Positions 57,580 to 64,000 of a DNA stretch of 64,000 nucleotides are shown piece after piece; position 1 is the stretch's first letter, and every line of letters starts with the position of its first letter. The notes below the pieces were generated by a model. The model saw only the letters and a list, made by a program, of their open reading frames with translations, did no database searches and was not told where the DNA came from. The DNA comes from Bacteroidales bacterium (lineage in GTDB: Bacteria > Bacteroidota > Bacteroidia > Bacteroidales > JAHJDW01). The DNA is taken from contig JBAZBZ010000011.1 in the NCBI GenBank assembly GCA_041671145.1, forward strand, positions 6,255 through 70,254, read 5' to 3'. The position numbers were made by a program, and so were the translations under genes.

Positions 57580-58884
57580 ATGGCGAAACTCGAATATACC
57601 GAATTAATAACACTATTGCTTCAGCTAAGTTTGATGCTGATTGCTGCCAGAATATTCGGTGAATTTGCACGAAAATTACGTCAGCCGGTTATTGTCGGAG
57701 AAATTTTGGCAGGCGTTATTTTAGGTCCTTCTGTTCTCGGTACAATTTCACCACACTCATTCAATTCGATTTTTCCACATATTGGCGGAACCCCGCTTGC
57801 TTTAGATGGAATAATTTCTTTGTCTGTAATTTTACTTTTGTTTATTGCAGGACTTGAAATAGAACTTGACTTATTGTGGAAATATGGAAAATCAGCATTA
57901 TCTATAAGTTTATTAGGCGTGATTATTCCTTTAACAGTTGGTTTTTTTGTTCCTTATTATTATCCCGGATTATTTTATATAACAGATGATAAACAAAAAA
58001 TTATTTTCTGCTTGTTTTTCGGAACTTCACTTTCCATTACCGCCTTGCCTGTTATAGCAAAAATTCTGATTGATTTGAATTTGTTGAAATCAAAATTGGG
58101 AATTCCGATTATTTCATCTGCAATGATAGATGATGTTATTGGATGGCTTATTTTTTCAATTATATTGTCGCATTTTAAAACAACAGGAAAAGAAACAACT
58201 TATTTTTATACAATAATTCTTACAATTGGATTTGTTCTTCTTATGTTTATTGTCGGCAAAAGGATTCTTGACCATTTTTTGCCATGGATAAATAAACATC
58301 TTGCATGGCCCGGAGGTTTTCTTTCACTTTCGCTCGCACTTTGTTTTCTTTGTGCTGCTTTTACCGAATATATAGGTATTCACGCTGTATTCGGTGCTTT
58401 CGTGCTTGGCATAACTTTGCGAGATGTTTCAGCTCTTAACGAAAAAGCTAAAGAAATCGTTTATCAGTTTGTAAATAATGTTTTTGCTCCGCTGTTTTTC
58501 GTTTCAATAGGATTAAAAGTGAATTTTGTTACAAATTTTGATTTGCAATTGGTTTTAATCGTTATAGTTCTTGCATTTTTCGGAAAAATAATCGGCTGCG
58601 GACTTGGAGCATATTTAAGCAAACATAATTTAAGGGAATCTTTAGCCATAGGATTTGCAATGAATGCAAGAGGTGCAATGGAAATTATACTCGGACTTCT
58701 CGCATTGCAAAATAAACTTATAAAAGAAAGTATGTTTGTTGCTATTGTTGTAATGGCTCTGTTTACAAGTATTTTAGCAGGTCCGTTCATGAAACTATTT
58801 CTGAAAAAATCATCGGTATTAAAACCAATATCTCCGCAAAATCCAACACAACTCAAGCTGACAATCGAAGAAACTAAAGAATAA
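57580..58884 (+). CDS. cation:proton antiporter (CPA2/Kef-type)
   Basis: About 12 TM helices. GEILAGVILGPS and AMIDDVIGW motifs. Confidence 0.85.
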   Translation: MAKLEYTELITLLLQLSLMLIAARIFGEFARKLRQPVIVGEILAGVILGPSVLGTISPHSFNSIFPHIGGTPLALDGIISLSVILLLFIAGLEIELDLLWKYGKSALSISLLGVIIPLTVGFFVPYYYPGLFYITDDKQKIIFCLFFGTSLSITALPVIAKILIDLNLLKSKLGIPIISSAMIDDVIGWLIFSIILSHFKTTGKETTYFYTIILTIGFVLLMFIVGKRILDHFLPWINKHLAWPGGFLSLSLALCFLCAAFTEYIGIHAVFGAFVLGITLRDVSALNEKAKEIVYQFVNNVFAPLFFVSIGLKVNFVTNFDLQLVLIVIVLAFFGKIIGCGLGAYLSKHNLRESLAIGFAMNARGAMEIILGLLALQNKLIKESMFVAIVVMALFTSILAGPFMKLFLKKSSVLKPISPQNPTQLKLTIEETKE

Positions 58885-58887
58885 AGA

Positions 58888-59004
58888 GCATCTCTAAAAA
58901 CTCGCCTCTCTTCGTTGGACTTCAAAATCCAAATCCTCATTAACACACAGTTAACTCCTGTTGGAATTTCTTGTCCGCCTCGATATCCGAGTTTTTAGAG
59001 ATGC
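58888..59004 (+). repeat. three-helix structured intergenic element, copy E3
   Basis: Outer 17-bp perfect stem (58888-58904 with 58988-59004). Middle stem GGAC..TCCAA with TTGGA..GTCC. Apical TTAAC/GTTAA stem. Conserved TCATTAAC and GTTAACTCC. Confidence 0.7.
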
Positions 59005-59068
59005 CCTAAAGTAACCGGTACTGGTATGTGGCATTCAGTAAAAAACTCTAAGCTCCTTGCTCTATGCC

Positions 59069-60307
59069 CTAATTCGTACTTAAATTTTTAACATCGAAGA
59101 AATTGCTTTTTCTTAGTTGTCGTATAGGATACCATGAGGTAAGTAGAGCAATTAAAAATACTGTTATAAAAACATATATAAAATCCTTTATGTGTAATTC
59201 TACGGGATAAGTATTTATAACAAATGTACCGGTTGCCTGAATTTTGATTAATCCGAATTTTTGCTGAATAATGCAGATTAAAGCACCAAGAGCAAGTCCG
59301 GCAATCGCTCCGAGCAAATTTATCATCAATCCTTCTATTAAAAATATTCTGCTTATTAATTTATTGCTTGCACCAAGCGATTTAAGAATCATCGCATCTT
59401 TTTTCTTTTCAAGTATGAGCATAGTCAGCGAGCCGATAATATTAAATGTGGCGATTATCAATATAAAACTTAAAATAAGAAACACTGCCCATTTTTCATT
59501 TTTCATGACTTTGTAAAGCAATTTATGCTGCTGGTAGCGATTTTCGACAATAAATCCGCTGCCAACTAATTTCTGAATTTCCTTTTGTACATTTTCCTTA
59601 TCTGTATTTTTTGAAAGTCCAATTTCTATTGCAGTAATATCTTCTTTGTATTCGAGCAATCTGCGGGCAAACCGAAGCGGAACCAAAACATACTTTATGT
59701 CAAAGTCCTGCTGAATAGAAAAAACTCCTGTAGGAAGAATTGCCAGATTATTGAAAGCACTCATCTGGTTGTAAATATTTTTTGTTCGACGCGGAACATA
59801 AATACTCAGTGGTGTAGAAAAATCCTTTAAATTTAAAGAAAGAAAATATGCAATTCCCTGTCCTACAATAGCAAAGTTGTTGCTGTCAGATTCAAGTGTA
59901 AATGAACCGCCAACAATCATTGTATCGAGCTTGCTCATTTTCTTAAAATCACTTTCAACTCCTTTTATTGTGGCAATGTATTGTTTGTCGTGGTACTTCA
60001 AAAGTGCATTTTCTTCAAGTATATTTGTGTAAAAAATAACTCCATTAATTTTTTTAATCTTTTCAATCGGTATATTATGTGGATTAAATGTTTTACCGAG
60101 TTTTGCAGTAATTTTTATATCAGGGTCGAACGAATTGAAAAGTGAAATCACAACACTTTCGAAACCGTTGAAGACAGAAAGAACAATTATCAGAGCCATT
60201 GTTCCTACCATAACTCCGATAACTGAAATCAATGAAATAACATTTATTATATTGTGTGATTTCTTTGAAAAAATATATCGCTTCGCTATGAAAAATGAAA
60301 AATTCAA
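59069..60307 (-). CDS. FtsX-like ABC transporter permease (LolC/E family)
   Basis: N-terminal FFIAKRYIFSKK, large periplasmic loop and C-terminal FtsX 3-TM module. Confidence 0.8.
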   Translation of the reverse strand: MNFSFFIAKRYIFSKKSHNIINVISLISVIGVMVGTMALIIVLSVFNGFESVVISLFNSFDPDIKITAKLGKTFNPHNIPIEKIKKINGVIFYTNILEENALLKYHDKQYIATIKGVESDFKKMSKLDTMIVGGSFTLESDSNNFAIVGQGIAYFLSLNLKDFSTPLSIYVPRRTKNIYNQMSAFNNLAILPTGVFSIQQDFDIKYVLVPLRFARRLLEYKEDITAIEIGLSKNTDKENVQKEIQKLVGSGFIVENRYQQHKLLYKVMKNEKWAVFLILSFILIIATFNIIGSLTMLILEKKKDAMILKSLGASNKLISRIFLIEGLMINLLGAIAGLALGALICIIQQKFGLIKIQATGTFVINTYPVELHIKDFIYVFITVFLIALLTSWYPIRQLRKSNFFDVKNLSTN

Positions 60308-60605
60308 ATTCAGAAGTTTAATTGTTATCAGGCAAAAGTAAGTAAAGTTTTCTTAATATATTTTTACAAGGAATGAATTTTAAAAGTTTGTGGTTTGTCG
60401 TTTGGTAATATGTATGAAATAAATTCCTATTTTTAAATAAAAAATTACTTGTTGTTATTTATTGCAATATTTCGGCAATTTTTTCTCAAGGCATACAGAG
60501 TTTTATTAGCTCTCAATAACATTTTTTAACTATAAACAACAAACATTTTAAACGACAAACGTATTATAAAAGTGAGAAGTTAATAATGGTTAAAATATAT
60601 TTAAT

Positions 60606-60613
60606 TATATTTG
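60606..60613 (+). promoter_or_regulatory. -7 box TATATTTG upstream of nadK
   Basis: TAnnTTTG match 20 nt upstream of the ATG at 60633. Confidence 0.45.
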
Positions 60614-60632
60614 TTTGTTAAAATTATATTTT

Positions 60633-61517
60633 ATGAAAATAGGCATATACGGGAAAAATTTAAATGAGAAGTGCAGAAATAATGCTGTTAAACTCATTGA
60701 AAAACTTGAAAAACATAAATTCGGGTTGTTTGTTTATGAGCCGTTTTATAACTTACTTTTAAAAAAAAATAAAATAAAATTTTCTTCGAAAATAATTCCT
60801 TTTAATTCACATTTGGAAATAAAAAATAAAATTGATTTTCTTTTCGGCATAGGTGGTGACGGAACTATACTAAATACCATAAATCTTGTTTATAATTCAG
60901 GAATTCCGATAATGGGAATTAATACCGGAAGATTGGGTTTTTTATCAAGTACATCCGTCGAAGATTGCGACAAAGCAATTCAGTGCCTCATTGATAAAGA
61001 TTATTATCTTGATAAAAGAACACTTTTAAAACTTGAAACAGAAAATAATTTATTTAGAAATGAAAATTACGCTTTGAATGATGTTACAATTCAGAAAAAA
61101 GATATTTCGTCAATGGTAAATATTCACGCATATATAAATGGTGAATTTCTGAATTCGTACTGGGCTGACGGCTTATTGGTTTCAACTCCCACCGGCTCCA
61201 CAGCGTACTCGCTAAGTTGCGGAGGACCGATTGTAGTGCCTGAATCAAAAAATTTTGTAATCAATCCTATTGCACCACATAACCTTAATGTGCGTCCCAT
61301 AATAATTCCCGATGATAAAACAATAACTTTGAAAATTGAGGGAAAAAGTAAAAGTTTTTTAATTTGTCTCGATTCACGCGTTGAAACAATTGATTCAAAA
61401 ATCGAATTAAAAATTACAAAAGCTAACTTTTGCATAAACCTTGTCAGATTAAAGAATCAGAATTTTTTTTCTACAATCCGTAATAAACTCATGTGGGGAA
61501 TGGATAAAAGAAATTAA
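60633..61517 (+). CDS. nadK: NAD kinase
   Basis: GGDGT motif, NDV and STPTGSTAYSLSCGGPIV. Start at the ATG at 60633. Confidence 0.9.
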   Translation: MKIGIYGKNLNEKCRNNAVKLIEKLEKHKFGLFVYEPFYNLLLKKNKIKFSSKIIPFNSHLEIKNKIDFLFGIGGDGTILNTINLVYNSGIPIMGINTGRLGFLSSTSVEDCDKAIQCLIDKDYYLDKRTLLKLETENNLFRNENYALNDVTIQKKDISSMVNIHAYINGEFLNSYWADGLLVSTPTGSTAYSLSCGGPIVVPESKNFVINPIAPHNLNVRPIIIPDDKTITLKIEGKSKSFLICLDSRVETIDSKIELKITKANFCINLVRLKNQNFFSTIRNKLMWGMDKRN

Positions 61518-61586
61518 TTAATTTTGTTACATCAAGAAAAATAGTTTTGTTAATTTTTTTTATTTTTAATACTTAAAAATGATTTT

Positions 61587-62900
61587 ATGCTTAAACAAAC
61601 TGTTTTTATCATCACGCTTATAGCTACAATTGCTGCTTTCACTTATTCTGTTTCAAAAATCATTGCTTTGCTTAATATTACAAAAAAAGCTTATCCGATA
61701 AAAGATATATGGAAGAGAATAATAATGACAATAAACGTTGCTTTTTCCCAGAGCAAAATATTCAGACGTCCGGTGATAGGTTTTTTACATGCCTTGGTAT
61801 TCTGGGGATTTCTGGTGATTTGTGTGGGAAGCAGCGAAATTATTTTTGATGGTGTTACCGGAAGTGAAAAGGTTTTTTCTTCTTGGGGCATAATATATGA
61901 TATCATCACGACATCGGGAGATATTTTCGGTTTGCTGGTTTTAATTTCAATTATTGTTTTTCTTGTCCGTCGCGTATTCATGCACATCAAGAGATTTTAT
62001 GGCATTGAAATGAAAAAGAAATTTCACACCGATGCCAATATAGCATTGTCAATAATTTTGTTGCTTATGATTTCATTGCTAAGCATGAATTCCTCATATA
62101 TCACTTTTACTCCGTCTTATGATGTTGTTGGAACATACCCTGTAAGCAGATTTATTGCACCTTATTTTCATGGTATGGATTTCAGTGTTATTTATGTGAT
62201 TAATCAGGTAAGCTGGTGGACGCATATTTTACTAGTTTTCTTTTTTGCAAATTATCTTCCTTACTCAAAACATTTTCATGTTTTCATGTCAATACCGAAT
62301 GTTTTTGTCAGCAGATTAGAGCCGCTTGGAAAATTACCGAATATGGAAAATGTTACAAAAGAAGTTAAATTAATGCTTGATACCTCAACTGCTTATTCAG
62401 CAACTGCTGAAGCAGGAGCAGAGCTATCGCGTTTTGGTGTTAAGGATGTTGAAGACGGAACATGGAAAAATTTTGCCGATTCGCTTTCATGCACGCAATG
62501 CGGAAGATGCACATCTGTTTGTCCGGCAAATATTACAGGAAAAAAACTTTCACCGCGAAAAATATTAATGGACTTCAGAGCAAGGATGAAAGAAAAAGGA
62601 AAATTTTTATTGAAAGATAAAAAGTACACAGACAACAAATCTTTGCTTAGAGATTTTATAAGCGAAGAAGAAATATGGGCTTGTACAACCTGCAATGCGT
62701 GTGCAAAGGAATGTCCAGTAAACATAAATCATCCTACATTAATTGTTGATTTGCGAAGATATCTTGTAATGGAAGAAGCCAAAGCACCAAGCGGATTGAA
62801 TGCAATTTTTGCAAATATTGAAAACAATGGAGCACCTTGGCAATTTTCACCGCAGGACAGGTTGTTGTGGGCAAATGATTTGTGTATGAATAAGAAATAG
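61587..62900 (+). CDS. membrane-anchored (Fe-S)-binding protein with two 4Fe-4S ferredoxin motifs
   Basis: About 5-6 N-terminal TM helices followed by CTQCGRCTSVCP and CTTCNACAKECP. Confidence 0.7.
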   Translation: MLKQTVFIITLIATIAAFTYSVSKIIALLNITKKAYPIKDIWKRIIMTINVAFSQSKIFRRPVIGFLHALVFWGFLVICVGSSEIIFDGVTGSEKVFSSWGIIYDIITTSGDIFGLLVLISIIVFLVRRVFMHIKRFYGIEMKKKFHTDANIALSIILLLMISLLSMNSSYITFTPSYDVVGTYPVSRFIAPYFHGMDFSVIYVINQVSWWTHILLVFFFANYLPYSKHFHVFMSIPNVFVSRLEPLGKLPNMENVTKEVKLMLDTSTAYSATAEAGAELSRFGVKDVEDGTWKNFADSLSCTQCGRCTSVCPANITGKKLSPRKILMDFRARMKEKGKFLLKDKKYTDNKSLLRDFISEEEIWACTTCNACAKECPVNINHPTLIVDLRRYLVMEEAKAPSGLNAIFANIENNGAPWQFSPQDRLLWANDLCMNKK

Positions 62901-62925
62901 TTTATGGCTTTTAGTTAGCGGCTGC

Positions 62926-63032
62926 AAGAAAACGCCAACTACTGCGTTATTCTCGTCTTGAAAAAAAGTCATTTACAAAAAGTAAACTCCATATTTTCAA
63001 AACATCGAAAGCCTTGTATTTGGCGTTTTCTT
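62926..63032 (+). repeat. three-helix structured intergenic element, copy E2
   Basis: Outer 13-bp perfect stem (62926-62938 with 63020-63032). Interior closely similar to E1 (CGTTAYTCTCGT, TCATTTAC, GTAAACTCC, TCGAAAGCC). Confidence 0.75.
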
Positions 63033-63212
63033 ATCACCAACTTAAAATTTTAATAGTTTTCTTACAAACACTGGTTAAAGGTTTTGCCAGCAAACGCTTT
63101 ATCTCTATAAAATCCTAAGCCAAACATAGTAATATCGTCACAATAAATGTATAATATGCCATAAAGTCGTTTGAATAAATGTACTCATAATACAATTTGT
63201 CAAATAACTTTT

Positions 63213-63220
63213 GTATCTTT
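63213..63220 (+). promoter_or_regulatory. -7 box TATCTTTG upstream of the AAA ATPase gene
   Basis: TAnnTTTG match 14 nt upstream of the ATG at 63234. Confidence 0.4.
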
Positions 63221-63233
63221 GTAAAAAAAATAT

Positions 63234-64000
63234 TATGGAACGGTTTCAATTCGAGAAACTTATTAATTGGAAAAATTCCAATAATCGCAAACCCTTGATT
63301 ATTCGGGGTGCCAGACAAGTTGGCAAAACATGGCTTATGAAGGAATTTGGGCAACGCGAATACAGTCAGATTGCTTACGTAAATTTTGAAAGTTCTAAAT
63401 CTTTAAGAAATTTATTTATCAATGATTTTGATATTCAGCGAATAATTGTTGCCATTCAGATAGAAACCGGTGTGCAAATCAATCCAAAAAATACCCTTAT
63501 TATTTTCGATGAGATTCAGGAATGTGAGGGAGCCATTACATCATTAAAATACTTTTTCGAAAATGCACCACAATACCACGTCATTGAAGCGGGTTCATTG
63601 TTGGGAGTGGCATCACATCAGCATACTTCATTTCCAGTGGGCAAAGTTGGTTTTTTAGACCTTTACCCATTGAGCTTTGGTGAGTTTTTGCTGGCACTCA
63701 ATAAAAAATCTTTATATGAACTTTTATTGAAACGCGATTGGTTGTTGATTACAAGTTTCAAACCGAAATACATTGAACTTTTGCGTCAATACTATTTTAT
63801 TGGAGGAATGCCCGAAGCCGTAAATTCTTTTTCAACTGAAAATGATTTTAAAAAAGTGCGGGACATACAAATAAATATTTTAAGTGCCTATGAACAAGAT
63901 TTCTCAAAACATGCACCAAATGAAATTGTTCCAAGAATTAGAATGATATGGCAATCCATACCCTCGCAATTGGCAAAAGAGAATAGAAAGTTCATTTATG
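63234..64000 (+). CDS. AAA family ATPase (AAA_14/DUF4143-type), 3' end outside window
   Basis: Not in the ORF track because it runs off the window. My translation is MERFQFEKLINW...IIRGARQVGKTWL (Walker A) ...LIIFDEIQE (Walker B) ...FIGGMPEAV, with no stop before 64000. Confidence 0.8.

Noticed and set aside
46918-63032. E1-E3 structured elements as integron attC sites
   Set aside because: Variable stems with conserved structure placed just after ORFs resemble attC sites. However, I found no RYYYAAC / GTTRRRY core sites at the ends. The copies are 4-12 kb apart among housekeeping genes, and no intI-like integrase is present.
63115-63354. 79-aa minus-strand ORF
   Set aside because: It overlaps the promoter and the first 120 nt of the well-supported AAA ATPase gene on the opposite strand.
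1-64000. Prophage, IS element, integrative element or classical defence island
   Set aside because: No integrase, transposase, phage structural, restriction-modification or cas-like genes could be recognised. Apart from the T9SS cargo island, the TA pair and the caspase-like gene, the content is core housekeeping.

Overview
AT-rich 64 kb window, almost certainly from a Bacteroidota genome. Evidence for that: T9SS C-terminal sorting domains, PorP/SprF and PorE-like genes, TAnnTTTG -7 promoter boxes, and no Shine-Dalgarno sites. I called about 52 protein genes and found no rRNA, tRNA, CRISPR array, transposase or integrase. Most genes are housekeeping: PBP1A, dut, nnr, pdxJ, ilvE, dxs, purE, adk, obg, recA, MTAP, rplS, trmD, nadK, and SurA-like, Lol-like and envelope genes. 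The one accessory island lies at about 13.1-26.4 kb on the minus strand. It carries an ECF sigma factor translationally coupled to an anti-sigma-like protein that ends in an outer-membrane beta-barrel. Downstream are a PKD/T9SS type-A protein, a 1582-aa multi-PKD protein with a type-B CTD, PorP/SprF, a PorE-like OmpA protein and a BNR/T9SS protein. An ECF-type promoter-like motif recurs three times in this island, once inside a relic of the sigma gene 5' end. The most unusual signal is non-coding. Intergenic DNA is filled with degenerate heptamer-periodic arrays. There is also a 32-nt (TTTAAAG)n-type element in 6-7 copies, oriented consistently relative to gene ends. A separate ~100-120 nt three-helix element occurs in 3 copies with compensatory substitutions, and there are several palindromic hairpin families. 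Other items are a ParE/RelE TA pair, an orphan caspase-like protease, a C25 peptidase operon and a radical SAM enzyme. All family calls rest on motif recognition by eye; no searches were run.
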